DNA of 64,000 bases from Candidatus Latescibacterota bacterium (lineage in GTDB: Bacteria > Latescibacterota > UBA2968 > UBA8231), in NCBI GenBank assembly GCA_965223905.1, contig CBDCXV010000011.1, forward strand, positions 960,001-1,024,000, read 5' to 3'. A program made the translations under genes and the position numbers. Below the pieces are notes generated by a model, which saw only the letters and a program-made list of their open reading frames with translations, made no database searches and had not been told where the DNA came from. Positions 1-10,556 of the stretch are shown in pieces (the first letter of the stretch is position 1; each line of letters begins with the position of its first letter).

Positions 1-1543
1 CCGGATCGCCGGAAACCGTCACCACGTGCCCGGGACCGCCGATGCCGGGAACGGTATCGACGCTGTGCCCCAGGTTTCGCAACCCTTCCATGACCCGCTT
101 CCCCGCCCTGCGTTCGACCTGCAGCGGCTCTGCCCCTTCCGTGTGCAGGCGCGCGGCAGCGAGGGCCTGCAGCGGATCGAGCCCGCGATCGATCAACCCC
201 ACCGTCAGGGTCACCTCGTTGTTGGGGATGGTGCGCCCGCCGGGGAGACCGTAGGCGGCGAAGGGTCGTCCGTCCCGCAAGGCAATGAACGGGGCCATGT
301 TGTGCAGCGGCTGCTTGCCGGGTGCGATCGAGTTCGCCAGTCCGGGCCGCGGGTCGAAGCGGGCGACCCCGTGCCCCAGCAGCAGTCCGGTCCCGGGAAC
401 GGCGACCATCGAACCGAATCCCCCGCCGTGGGTCTGGGTCAGGCTCACCAAATTGCCGGCGACGTCCGCGGTCGAGATGTGGCTGGTGCAGCTGATCGGC
501 TCCGAAGCGACGAGACGCCCAGATCCCGGGGACCGGAGCCCCTCTTTCATGCGGCGCCCGAGGCGGACGACGAGCTCGTCGGAGAGCTCGTCGGCAGCGT
601 CGACATCGACAAATTCAGGATCGCCGTAGCGCTCGAGACGTTGGGGCCAGCAGAGCTTCATCGCCTCCGCGAGGTGATGCATCCGTTCGACAGCGGTCAT
701 CGTCCCGAGCTCGAAGGCCTCGAGCAGACGCAGTATCTGCAGCGTCGTCAGCCCTCCCGCGGCCAGGGGCGGGGTGAACAGCCGGCAGTCCCGGTAAGTG
801 GCCGCGTACGGCTTCACGACGCGGGCGCGGTAACCGCGCATGTCCTGGGCGGTCAGACAGCCCCCGAGCTCTTCCACACGAGCGGCGATCTTCTTGCCCA
901 ACGGGCCGCGGTAGAAGAGGGACTGGCCGTCTTCCGCCAGCTCCTCGAGGGTGCGGGCCAACTCCCGGTTGGTGACCCGCTCCCCGCGGCGGGGAGGGCG
1001 CCCGTCCTTGAGCAGAAGGCGTGCGGTTTCCGGGAAATCGCGCCGCCAGTCCGCGGCGTTCTCCGCCAGCCCGAGGCGATTCCGGCGGCCCGGAACGTAC
1101 CCGAAGCGCGCCGCGCTGATCGCCGGTCTGATCACCTCCGCCAGCGGCATGGTGCCGAAGCGGCGCAGCGCCAGGCAGAGCCCGGCGACCACTCCGGGAA
1201 CGCCGACGGAGAGGGGGCCGAAGACATTTGCCCTTCCCGGAACCTGGTATCCGGCCGGGGCCGGCGCCTCCTCGATGGCGAACATCTCCTCGGAGGCCGC
1301 GGCCGGGGCGGTGGAGTTGCAGTCGACGGCAACGACCCGCCGGCGACCGGCGAGGTGGATGACCATGCAGCCGCCGTACCCGGCGATTCCGTTGTGCAGC
1401 GGCTCGACCACCCCCTCGGTGAAGGCGGCCGCAACCGCGGCGTCGACGGCGTTTCCACCGGCCCGGAGCATCGCCATGCCGGCACGGGCGGTCTTGGGAT
1501 GGGGGCCGGCAACGGTCCCGAACCTTCTTCTTCGCTCTGTCAC
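1..1543 (-). CDS. ggt: gamma-glutamyltransferase family protein (3' end runs off window)
   Basis: Not in the ORF track. Manual translation from GTG at 1543 gives MTERRRRFGTVAGPHPKTARAGMAMLRAGGNAVDAAVAAAFTEGVVEPLHNGIAGYGG, the classic GGT N-terminus (GGNAVDAAVA). The last codons at the window edge (RNLGHSVDTVPGIGGPGH) are in the same frame. Confidence 0.9.
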   Translation of the reverse strand, partial: MTERRRRFGTVAGPHPKTARAGMAMLRAGGNAVDAAVAAAFTEGVVEPLHNGIAGYGGCMVIHLAGRRRVVAVDCNSTAPAAASEEMFAIEEAPAPAGYQVPGRANVFGPLSVGVPGVVAGLCLALRRFGTMPLAEVIRPAISAARFGYVPGRRNRLGLAENAADWRRDFPETARLLLKDGRPPRRGERVTNRELARTLEELAEDGQSLFYRGPLGKKIAARVEELGGCLTAQDMRGYRARVVKPYAATYRDCRLFTPPLAAGGLTTLQILRLLEAFELGTMTAVERMHHLAEAMKLCWPQRLERYGDPEFVDVDAADELSDELVVRLGRRMKEGLRSPGSGRLVASEPISCTSHISTADVAGNLVSLTQTHGGGFGSMVAVPGTGLLLGHGVARFDPRPGLANSIAPGKQPLHNMAPFIALRDGRPFAAYGLPGGRTIPNNEVTLTVGLIDRGLDPLQALAAARLHTEGAEPLQVERRAGKRVMEGLRNLGHSVDTVPGIGGPGHVVTVSGDP

Positions 1544-1717
1544 TTTCTCACCCTTTCCTTGCTGCAACAACTGGTTTGAGCGTTCCTTCTCGCCCTTGGC
1601 CGGCAAATGAAGCCTCCCTGCTGGGGGGCTTGCGGCGCCGGTCAGGCCGACCCGAGTGAACGCGGCCGGGAGAGACCTGCCTGAGATGCTGCCCCAACAA
1701 TCGGCGGAAACCACCCG

Positions 1718-2585
1718 ATGACCAAATTGCATATCCGGCGGAACGCCCTGGGGTTCGAGATCCTCGACGGAGAGGAACTCGCCGCCCTCTACAGGGCGAC
1801 CGAGGAGCTGCCCCGCAGCGAGTCCCCCAAACCCTGTTTCGCCCCGATATACACCCCTGCCGGCGAACTCGTTACCGAGTACCGGCCGGCCGACCATCCC
1901 TGGCACACCGGACTATACTTCGGCTGGGTCTTCGCCAACGGCGCCAACCTCTGGGGCGGACCCTGGTACCTCCCGGAGAAGGACCGCTACGAGCTGATCG
2001 AAGGCACTCACGGGGTGCAGCGGCACGATCGGTTCACCCTGATCGACCAGGAGAATGGCGGCGTGGTCGCCGAAGAAAGGCTGAGCTGGCTCGACGCCGA
2101 GGACGGGGTCATGGCCGCGGAGACCCGCAGCTACCGGGTGCGCAAGGTTTCCGACCCCCTCGCCTACCACTGGGACGTCCGTACCTGGATCGAGCCGGTG
2201 GGCGGTCCGCTGAGGCTGGGGGCGTCGAGAAAGTCGCACTACAGCGGCTTCGAGCTGCGCACGGGGCCCGCCCTTTGCCGGGGACCGGCACCTCAGCAGC
2301 GAGGGCGCAGAAGGCCACGAGAGCATCATGAAGCAGCGGGCGCGCTGGGTGAGCGCCGCGGGCGCGGCCGGGGGCGCGGTAGTCATGATGGATCACCCGG
2401 ACAACCCGCGGCACCCGGTGACCTGGTTCACACGCCGGAACCTCCTCGGAGCCGGGCTGCTGATGAGCGGCGACCTCGAGATCGAGGAAGGGGACGTTCT
2501 GAACCTCCGGTACGGCTTCGCCGCCCTCGCCGAGGAGCCGGCCGCGGCCGAGGTCGAGGCGCTTTACGCCGCCTTCGCCTCGTAA
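1718..2585 (+). CDS. DUF6807 (so-called PmoA-like) family protein, frameshifted near 2265
   Basis: DHPWHTGLYFGW and YSGFELR in ORF 1718; continues in the +1 frame as PFAGDRHLSSEG...MMDHPDNPRHPVTWFTR (ORF 2328..2585). One extra G in the run acggggcccg. Confidence 0.7.
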
Positions 2586-2795
2586 CGACGGCCGATGAAA
2601 TATCCCTGCCACGGTATCCGCTACCTTGGGAATGCCTTCCGGTCTCTTTCCCGGCGGACGGCAAAAGGTCCCGCAGGTCGCAGCAGATGAACTTCCGTTT
2701 CCGGCCGGACCGGTCGACTCACCCGGACTGGTGAACGCTCATACCAGGCGGAACCGCGGCCACACTAACCGGGACAGCTGTCTTAAGGAAGAGAC

Positions 2796-3893
2796 ATGAA
2801 GATTCGAAAAATCGAAGTCATCCAGATCGAGACGCCCCGCTACTACGAGACCCTGACCGGGTACTCCGGCAGGATCTCCGGGCACGTGATTTTCAAGGTG
2901 CACACCGACGACGGGCCCATCGGCCTGGGAGAGGCTTCCGACAGCATCGCGGACGACGTCGCCGCCATCGCCGCTCGCTGCAACGAGCTGCTGAAAGGAC
3001 GGGACGCCACCTGCATTACCGAAATCAACGAGCTGATGCGGGGGCAGCAGTTCGGCAGCTCCGTCAGCGACGCCCACCTCGCCTCGGCCATCGACATCGC
3101 CCTCTACGACCTCAACGCCAAGGCCCGGGGCGTTCCCGCATATCAGCTGATGGGGGGCAAGGTGCGGGACAAGCTGTATTGCTGCTACCCGATCTTCGGG
3201 TTGCAGGTCGCCGAGGATTTCGAGCAGTCCGCGGGATTTCTGCAGCGGATCGTCGACCTCGGCCACCACCTGTTCCGCTACTACGTCTCCGGCGACAGCC
3301 GGGTCGACGACCGCTTCCTCAGCGAAATGAAAAGCCGTTTCGGAGACCGCATCCGCCTGAAGTCGATCGACATGTCGCTACGCTTCGACGCCTGGGACAC
3401 GGCGCTCCACTACGCCGAGGTCCTGCGCCACCACGATCCCATTCACTTCGAGCACCCGAGCCGCTCGATGCGGGTCAACGCCGAGTTCACCAGGCGCTGG
3501 GACCTGCCCGTAAGTCTCCACATCGGCTCCCTGCAGGATGCGCGGGAAGCGGTCGATCTGGGTGCGGGCACCGCCTTCAACATCGCCTGCGTCTCCTCCG
3601 GCCCCACGTACATCCGGCGGATCGCCGCGGTCGCCGAGGCGGCTGGCTTCCGCTGCCTGATCGGCACCGACCAGGAGTCGACGATCGGTACCGCCGCCCA
3701 AGTGGCGGTGGGGATCACACTGCCCAATCTCTCGCTTCCGTGCGATCCCATGGGGCCGGTTCTGTACATGGAGTCGCCGGCGAAGGAGCGCATACGCGCC
3801 GAGGCCAGCCATCTCTACCCGCTCGAGGGACCGGGCTGGGGGGTAGAGCTCGACGAGGAGAAACTGCGCCGGCTCACCGTGGCGGCGGCATGA
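2796..3893 (+). CDS. mandelate racemase/muconate lactonizing enzyme family (enolase superfamily)
   Basis: KVHTDDGPIGLGE, SAIDIALYDLNAKARGVPAYQLMGG, C-terminal GPGWGVELDE; RBS AAGGAAG. Confidence 0.9.
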   Translation: MKIRKIEVIQIETPRYYETLTGYSGRISGHVIFKVHTDDGPIGLGEASDSIADDVAAIAARCNELLKGRDATCITEINELMRGQQFGSSVSDAHLASAIDIALYDLNAKARGVPAYQLMGGKVRDKLYCCYPIFGLQVAEDFEQSAGFLQRIVDLGHHLFRYYVSGDSRVDDRFLSEMKSRFGDRIRLKSIDMSLRFDAWDTALHYAEVLRHHDPIHFEHPSRSMRVNAEFTRRWDLPVSLHIGSLQDAREAVDLGAGTAFNIACVSSGPTYIRRIAAVAEAAGFRCLIGTDQESTIGTAAQVAVGITLPNLSLPCDPMGPVLYMESPAKERIRAEASHLYPLEGPGWGVELDEEKLRRLTVAAA

Positions 3894-4071
3894 CGCAGTC
3901 CGGTCCCCCTGCCCGGAGGCTCCCCCTGATCCCGGCGAACAGCGCATTCCGCGCTTCTTCCAACCGGCTTCATGCCCTGGTCTTCAAGGCTGTCTTTACC
4001 CCGGACTACGCAGCACCGAGAGCGGCCCGGATGCCTCCGGCCACCTCGGCCAGGAAAAGGAGAACGAGCCC

Positions 4072-5145
4072 GTGAAGATCGCTGCCGTCGATCTGTACGA
4101 AGTCCACGTCCCCGACCGGCCCTGGGCCTGGTCGGACGAGGAGAACGGCATGCCCGCCCACCGCCTCACCGGCAGCCTGCTGGTCGTGGTGCGCTGCGAC
4201 GAGGGGGTCGACGGCCTCGGGGAGCTGGGGCTGCACGGGGTCGACCGGGGGACCGTCGCCGCCGCGGTCGAGGACTGGATCGGGCTCGATCCTCTCAGGC
4301 AGTCCCGGCTGGCGGAGGGGGCGGTCGCCGCGGCTGCGTACGAGTGCGCCGTCCTCGACATTCGCGGCAAGGTGCTGGGGTGTCCGGTGGCCGAGCTGCT
4401 CGGCGGCGCCGTCAGGGACCGGGTCCCGGTAACTCTGTGCACCGGATACAAGACCGTCGAGAACACCGCCGCGGACGCGGTCTGGGGCTGGGAGCGCGGC
4501 TTCCGCACCTACAAGATGAAATGCATCACCGGGACCCCGCATCCCGGCGAGCGCATCGACTACGTCGTCCATCGGGTCGAGGCGATTCACCGCGAACTGC
4601 CGGAGATGGATGTGCGTCCGGACATCCGCCGCCGGCTCGAGGAAGTGTGGGCAGCCGAAGAGGTGGCGAGCCGGCTCGAAGGGCACCGCCTCGATTGTCT
4701 GGAGTCGCCGATCATCACCGGCGCTCACGGCGGCAGCTTCAACGAATGGCGACGCCTCCGGCAGCGCATCGGCTTCCCGGTCGCCGAGCACACAGGGGCC
4801 GAGCAGCTGCTGGCCATGTGGTCGGCCGAAGCCCTGGACTACGCCATCATCGGAGCGCCGAGCGCCGTCGAGACCGTGCGGCTGTCGGCCATGGCCGAGA
4901 AACTCGGCCTCCCCTGCTGGACGCAGTACGTCGGTCTTGGAGTGAACAACGCCCTGGGTCTGCACGTCTGCGCAGCGGGTCCGAGCCTGTCCCGGCCCCA
5001 CGATTTCGTCGGGTTCTGGGCCAAGCAGGACGACTGCGTGGTGGAGGAATTCCCCGTCGTCGACGGCGCCGTGCACGTTCCCGACGCTCCCGGACTCGGG
5101 GTCACCCTCGACATGGACGCCGTCAGGCGCTACGCCGCCCCTTGA
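4072..5145 (+). CDS. mandelate racemase/muconate lactonizing enzyme family (enolase superfamily)
   Basis: DEGVDGLGE, DIRGKVLGCPVAELLGG, KMK motif, PDAPGLGVTLD; RBS AAGGAG. Confidence 0.9.
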   Translation: MKIAAVDLYEVHVPDRPWAWSDEENGMPAHRLTGSLLVVVRCDEGVDGLGELGLHGVDRGTVAAAVEDWIGLDPLRQSRLAEGAVAAAAYECAVLDIRGKVLGCPVAELLGGAVRDRVPVTLCTGYKTVENTAADAVWGWERGFRTYKMKCITGTPHPGERIDYVVHRVEAIHRELPEMDVRPDIRRRLEEVWAAEEVASRLEGHRLDCLESPIITGAHGGSFNEWRRLRQRIGFPVAEHTGAEQLLAMWSAEALDYAIIGAPSAVETVRLSAMAEKLGLPCWTQYVGLGVNNALGLHVCAAGPSLSRPHDFVGFWAKQDDCVVEEFPVVDGAVHVPDAPGLGVTLDMDAVRRYAAP

Positions 5146-5247
5146 CCGCCTGCCTGGATCGCGTTCGGGATGCCATCTCTCATCGGTGTCGGTCTGCCAG
5201 AAGGCTTTTTTTTCACCTTCCGCCGATCAAACCTTCAGGAGGATCTC

Positions 5248-6144
5248 ATGTTTCAGGAAGTGACCGCGGCCGCCATTTCGTTCGTCCCCGAGAAGTTCGG
5301 TCTGCAGGGCAACGCCGACCGACTGGAGGAGATGTTCCGCAAGGCCGCCGGCGGGGGCGCCCAGCTCGCCGTAGCCCCGGAAGGGGTTCTCGAGGGGTAC
5401 GTCGTAAGCCCGATCATTTCCGGCGAGCAGCCGGCGGAGCGCATGAAGGAAGTGGCGCTGACCATGCGCAGCCCGGTGATCGGCCGTTTTCGCGAGCTGG
5501 CGCGGGAGTTGAAGATCTGCCTGGCCTTCGGGCTCGCCGAGCGCATCGGCAGGAATGTTTTCAACTGCGCCCTCTTCATCGATCAGACGGGCCGCATCCG
5601 CGGCAAGTACCACAAGATGCAGCTCGCCGAGGGCTCCCATCGTTCCTGGTGGTTCAACCGGCTGGGGAAGAAGAGCCGCGCCTGCAACACCCCCTTCGGG
5701 CGCTGCGGGTTCCTGATCTGCAACGACCGCTGGAATACCGACATCGCCCGCATTCCCGTCCTCGACGGGGCGCAGTACCTGCTGATTCCCTCCTTCGGCT
5801 CGCGCTCGAAAGAACAGGACAAGGCGGTGCTGGCGCGGGCGCGCGAGAACGGCGTGCCGATCGTCGAGGCGAACGTCGGAGTGACCCTCATCGTCAGCAA
5901 GGGGGAAATCGTCAGCCTGTCCCGCCGGGAAACCGCGGTGACCTTCGGGACGATCGAGGTTCCTGCCGCGGTCTCCCCGGCCAATCGCGATCGCCACGAG
6001 CGCGCCTTTCTGCGCTGGCGCAAATCGGAGATGCCCCGGCGCTACGCCAGCTACATGAAGCGGATCAAAAACGGGAAGGGAAACGAGGACCCGAAGCACT
6101 TGAAGCAGCGCCACGACTCCAAAGGGATGATCATCAGCGGCTGA
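5248..6144 (+). CDS. carbon-nitrogen hydrolase (nitrilase superfamily)
   Basis: Catalytic E-K-C: APEG, KYHKMQL, LICNDR; ATG at 5248 after CAGGAGGA. Confidence 0.88.
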   Translation: MFQEVTAAAISFVPEKFGLQGNADRLEEMFRKAAGGGAQLAVAPEGVLEGYVVSPIISGEQPAERMKEVALTMRSPVIGRFRELARELKICLAFGLAERIGRNVFNCALFIDQTGRIRGKYHKMQLAEGSHRSWWFNRLGKKSRACNTPFGRCGFLICNDRWNTDIARIPVLDGAQYLLIPSFGSRSKEQDKAVLARARENGVPIVEANVGVTLIVSKGEIVSLSRRETAVTFGTIEVPAAVSPANRDRHERAFLRWRKSEMPRRYASYMKRIKNGKGNEDPKHLKQRHDSKGMIISG

Positions 6145-6556
6145 GGGGGACCGCCAGGCAGTCCTGGGACCAGATACCCGCTTCGCGAAAGGCCGCGTCC
6201 AGGGTCCTGTAGGTCATGGCCGCGGCGGCTAGCGGATCGTAGGCCGGGGGGCGCTGCACCTGCATGCTGATCTCCGCGGTGATGAACCCGTTGTACCCCG
6301 CCTTCCGCATTTCCCGCAGGTACTGGACGTAGTCGAACTCCCCTTCCCCCGGAATCCGGCAGCGCTCGTCCTTGACGTGGGTGTGGACCGACAGCGGATG
6401 CGAAGGCGCTCGGCGGCCCCCAGGGTGTCGAGCTCGGTCGAGTACGAGCGGAATCACCGTGATCTCAACGCCCCTGGAAGCCGAGGGGGCCAGCTCCCTG
6501 ACCGAGGTGTCGATCGGCAGGCCGGGCTTGGTCCAGGTAGAGAAACCGAGCTTCAC
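6134..6556 (-). pseudogene. degraded sugar-phosphate isomerase/epimerase (xylose isomerase-like TIM barrel)
   Basis: N-term MKLGFSTW..PID..GVEITVIP joined to HTHVKD and IPGEGEFDY..GFITAEIS. The middle of the domain is missing and the segment YSTELDTLGAAER lies in another frame. Confidence 0.75.
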
Positions 6557-6613
6557 GAGACCCTGCTCCCATGGCGGTCAACCCGGCCTCCTCCAGTGCC
6601 TGGCAGCCCACCT

Positions 6614-7792
6614 TCAGGAGGTCTGCGAATCGTGCCAGGACATCGCCTCCCCGCGCACTATGCCGGAGCGCACTTCGGAATATCCAGGCCATTCGATCGG
6701 CAGGTCGCCGTTTTCGATCATGTGCGCCAGCGGGTTGAGCTTGGTCCTAAGCGGCATCCGGATACGCTGCCGTTTCCGCGCCGATTCGAACAGTGCCATC
6801 ATCACCTCCTGGACGGCGCGGCCGTGGTCGCCGCCGCTGATCGGGTTGTCGATGCGGCCCTCGACCCAGTCGATCGCCTCCTGGCACTGGTGCGCCCAGG
6901 AGTCGTGAAACGGCGCCCCGATCTCCTGCCAGCCGCGGGTCGAGGCATTGAGGTAGCGGGCGGTCCCGAACTCGGCGTTGTAGCGCGCCGACGGGCCTTC
7001 CGGCGAGTACATCCCCCCGTCGGAAGGGATCTCGGAATCCGGCTTGCGTCCGGTGGAGAGCTCCAGGATCCCTTCCGAGCCCAGCACGCGGCAACCCTGG
7101 CCGAGGCCGGCGGTGGCGATATCCCCGCCCTGGATCAGCAGCGTCGCCCCGTTGCTGCACCCGGCGATCCCGAGGGTGGAATCCTCCGCCGGCAGCCCCC
7201 GTTCGTAGGTGTCGGCGGTGCGCTCGGTCGTACCGACGACCCACTCGACCTGCGGATCGCCCATGAGAAACAGACCGAGGCGGATGTTGTGGGAGTTCGT
7301 GTTGAGGATGTTGCCCCCGCACTCGAGCTCGATGCGCCTGATCTCTCCGATCACCCCCTCGGCGATGAGATCCCGCGCCTTGAGCCAGACGGCGTGGTGG
7401 GGGCGCTGAAAGGCGATGACGAGCTTGACGGAGTTGCGCCTGCAGGCCATCAGCATGCGGTCGGCCTCGCCGAGGTCGCCGGCCATCGGCTTCTGGCAGA
7501 GGATCGCCTTCGGGCGCCGCGCGGCCGCGGCGATGACCATCTCGGCGTGCTGCTGGTGCCAGGAGCAGACATCGACGAAGTCGGGCCGCTCCTCGTCGAG
7601 CATCTCGCGGTAGTCGGAGTAACGGTGCTCCTCGCCGACGCCGAAGAAGTCCCCGAACTCCCGCAGGGCGTCGGGGTTGGTGTCGGCAAGGGCGCCGATC
7701 TCGACAGGCCGGCCGGGAACTCCGAGCCAGCCGCGGGTGTGAACGCGGCCGATGACGCCGCAGGCGATGATGGCGGTTCGGTACTTTGCCAT
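6614..7792 (-). CDS. Gfo/Idh/MocA family oxidoreductase
   Basis: MAKYRTAIIACGVIGRVH Rossmann start, PDFVDVCSWHQQHAEM, ILCQKPMA. Confidence 0.9.
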   Translation of the reverse strand: MAKYRTAIIACGVIGRVHTRGWLGVPGRPVEIGALADTNPDALREFGDFFGVGEEHRYSDYREMLDEERPDFVDVCSWHQQHAEMVIAAAARRPKAILCQKPMAGDLGEADRMLMACRRNSVKLVIAFQRPHHAVWLKARDLIAEGVIGEIRRIELECGGNILNTNSHNIRLGLFLMGDPQVEWVVGTTERTADTYERGLPAEDSTLGIAGCSNGATLLIQGGDIATAGLGQGCRVLGSEGILELSTGRKPDSEIPSDGGMYSPEGPSARYNAEFGTARYLNASTRGWQEIGAPFHDSWAHQCQEAIDWVEGRIDNPISGGDHGRAVQEVMMALFESARKRQRIRMPLRTKLNPLAHMIENGDLPIEWPGYSEVRSGIVRGEAMSWHDSQTS

Positions 7793-7866
7793 GAACGATT
7801 TTCCAGTGCTGTGGGTTGGATGAGATGTGGTCGGAAGCCTGGGAAAGAGCACACCAGCAGGCGGCG

Positions 7867-8475
7867 TCAAGGACCGAGAGCAGATTCCCGGGACGGGCCG
7901 AGCCCGAGCTTTTCTTCCTCCGGCCGCAGCGCCTCGATGGCGAAGAGAATGTGCTCATCGAGCCCGACTCCGAGCTCTTCGGCACCCTGGGCGAGCTCCC
8001 CGCGATCGACGCCGCGGGCGAAGGCCTTGTCCCTGAGTTTTTTCCTGACGCTCCTGACCGTGAGGTCTCCCAGGCTTCGCGAAGGGCGCACCAAGGCACA
8101 GGCTACGAGGAAGCCGCAGAGCTCGTCCACCGCGAACAGGGCGCGGGCCACGGGGGTGTCGCGGGGCACCCCCGAGTAGGAGGGGTGCGCGAGGATGGCC
8201 CGGCAGAGCTCCTCGGGAAAGCCGCGCTCGCGAAGCAGAGCGACCCCGAAGGCCGGGTGCCCTTCGGTGGCGGAATGCTCCTCGTTCGGATATCGCTCGT
8301 AGTCGAAGTCGTGAAGCAGGCCTGCCAGTCCCCACGCCTCCTCGTCCCCGCCGTATTCGCGGGCGCAGGCGCGCATGGCGATCTCGACGGCGTACATATG
8401 CCGGCGCAGCCCTTCGGAAGAGGTGTAGGCGTGCATCAGGTCCAGCGCCTGATCGCGGGTGAAAGAGCCGGTCAT
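7867..8475 (-). CDS. HDIG/HD domain phosphohydrolase
   Basis: LRRHMYAVE, GLLHDFDYE, AILAH, LFAVDELCG. Confidence 0.85.
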   Translation of the reverse strand: MTGSFTRDQALDLMHAYTSSEGLRRHMYAVEIAMRACAREYGGDEEAWGLAGLLHDFDYERYPNEEHSATEGHPAFGVALLRERGFPEELCRAILAHPSYSGVPRDTPVARALFAVDELCGFLVACALVRPSRSLGDLTVRSVRKKLRDKAFARGVDRGELAQGAEELGVGLDEHILFAIEALRPEEEKLGLGPSRESALGP

Positions 8476-8629
8476 TTCTGTTTCAGGATCCTTTCGGGAC
8501 GGCCGTCCGCTTGGCCGGCAGTCCGGTTCGATATTCCTTTTCGTTCCATTCCGTCGCAAACAAGCGCAATGTGCGCACCAGGTTCAACGCCGGACCTACG
8601 ATTTGACCGCGAGCAGACGAAGCCATCTC

Positions 8630-8900
8630 CACCTGATCCCCGGCTGCCTGTTCTCCCTCCGGGCGACCACGGCCGCGGCCCTCACCTTGTTCCGCCTCGG
8701 CGGGGCCGGCGAGCCGCCCCCCGACCTCGAGGTGGAGTACGAATTCGTGCAGCTTCCCTGGACCGGGGTCGACGAGGCGCGCTTCGGATCGGCCGCGGGC
8801 CTCGAGCTGCGGCCGGAATCGATCCGCCCCGAGAGAACCAATCCCGATTCCAACCTCGCCCCCCTTCCTGAAGGGGACCGCTTTGCCATCCTGACCCACT
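8630..8900 (+). pseudogene. N-terminal remnant of a secreted protein gene
   Basis: AAALTLFRLGGAGEPPPDLEVEYEFVQLPW...PERTNPDSNLAP reads as the start of a mature secreted protein, then decays into a G-rich junction before the PPIase gene. Confidence 0.35.
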
Positions 8901-8939
8901 TTCCGGGCTCGGTGTGGGGGGGGGACCCGACTGGGTTCC

Positions 8940-10521
8940 GTGGGGGAGCGTGGGGAGGACGAGGGAGACCGCCTGAGCGAAAAGCCGGGGGCTGCCGGGT
9001 ATCTCGACTACCTGCAGACCTTGATCGACAAGGAGCTGATGCTGCAGGAGGCGCGCCGTCTCGGCCTCGACCAGGATCCCCAGTTGCGCGGCAAGCTGTC
9101 CAAGGAAAGGGCGGACCGCATCATCAAGCGGTTTCTGGAGATCGAGGTCTACGACAAGATCGAGTACACCGACGAGGAGCTCCGGGAGCTGCAGAAGGAG
9201 ACCGAGCGGGACCGGGCAATCCGGGTGCGGCGCATCGTCCTGGGCAGCGAAGAAGAGGCGGAGGAGATCGCCGCTGCCTGGCGCCAGGGCGCGAATTTCG
9301 ACGATCTGGCTACCCGCACCCTTCTCGAAGAGACCGACCTGTTCGGCGGCAGACTGCTTCTCAAGGACGAGCTAGGGCCCGAAATCCTGCAGGAGGCGGT
9401 CTGGCCCCTGAAAGCGGGCGAGATCTCCGATCTGGTGTTCTATGGCAACCAGTACGGCGTCTACAAGGTAACCGAGGAGCGCGAGATTGACCTCGATGTC
9501 GTGCGCCAGCTGATCGAACCTGAGCTGTTCGGCCTGAAGATCCCGGACCGCATGAACGAGCTGGCCGCCGAGCTGAAACGGAATCTCGAGGCGCGGACCA
9601 ACGAGACCGCCCTCGACCTCCTCGCCGAACGGCTAGTCGCCGGGCAACCGTTCTCCGACGAGGAGCGCCAAATGGTGCTGTTCGAGAACACCGGAGGGGC
9701 CTACACCGTCGGGGATTTCCTGGTCTTTTCCGAATACATCAAGATGGGGTACGGCGATTCGCATGGGGTACGGCGATTCGCGCCGGATCCTCGACTGGTT
9801 CGCAAAGGAGGTGGTCGAACCCCGCCTGCTGATTCTCGAGGCGGCGCGGGCCGCCGGGATCGACCGCGAGGAGGAGATGGTGTCGTGGTACCAGAGCCGC
9901 GAGCAGTCGCTGCTGCTGCAGGCGGTGAGGAGAGAAGCGACGGCAAACGTGCTCGTCGACGAGTCCGAGGCGCGGCGCTACTACGAGCAGAATCCGATAA
10001 AGTTCACTCCCCTGGAGTCGGTTACCATTCGCGAAATCCTGGTTGCCGGCGAATCAGAGGCCGAGGGCCTGCTTGAGCAGATGAGGCAAGGCGCCGACAT
10101 GGGAGAACTCGCGGCGCGGCACACCCTGCGCCGACAGGGCCGGATCAGCAAGGGGGAGTTCCACATCCACCCCTTCGAAACAGGCCAGTACGGACCGGCG
10201 TTGGAAGCGGCCAGGGGGGCGGAAGTCGGGGATCTTCTGGGTCCGGTAGAACTGACCGTTCCCGCCTCCGACCTGCTGAAACCGGATCCGGCTTCGACAG
10301 CGGGGCCCCACTACTCCATCTTCGAGCTCCTCGACTCGACCATCGGTGCCGGCCCGGAGCCGTTCGGCAAGGTCGAACGGAGAGCGCGCGCCCTGGTCCG
10401 GAGGGACAAGGCGGACCGGGTTTTCTACGAGTTCCTGCTCGAACTGCGCTACGAGAACGAGGACAGGGTCCGGGTGTACGCCGAAAACGTCGAGAAACTG
10501 GCTGCGCACAGGGCGGCCTAG
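8940..10521 (+). pseudogene. SurA/PpiC-type peptidylprolyl isomerase, disrupted by a 19-bp duplication; 5' end unclear
   Basis: LIDKELMLQEARRLGLD, two parvulin-like domains (GANFDDLA; GADMGELAARH); frame break at the duplicated ATGGGGTACGGCGATTCGC (9744-9781); no signal peptide found. Confidence 0.7.
9744..9781. repeat. perfect 19-bp tandem duplication
   Basis: atggggtacggcgattcgc at 9744-9762 and 9763-9781. Confidence 0.95.
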
Positions 10522-10556
10522 CCCCTTCCCATCTCCTTCCCGCGTCAGCCGCGACG

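Noticed and set aside
26-1579. 517-aa plus-strand ORF
   Set aside because: Antisense shadow of ggt; the real gene is on the minus strand and runs off the window.
1718-2585. Particulate methane monooxygenase, suggested by the PmoA family label
   Set aside because: Soluble DUF6807-type protein with no TM helices and no pmoB/pmoC; the label is misleading.
3972-6212. 746-aa Arg/Pro-rich ORF and similar long ORFs (19028..21013, 39765..41972, 42030..44348, 42230..44635, 55046..57436, 57735..60122)
   Set aside because: Alternate-frame or antisense shadows expected at high GC; low-complexity composition, no motifs, and overlap with well-supported genes.
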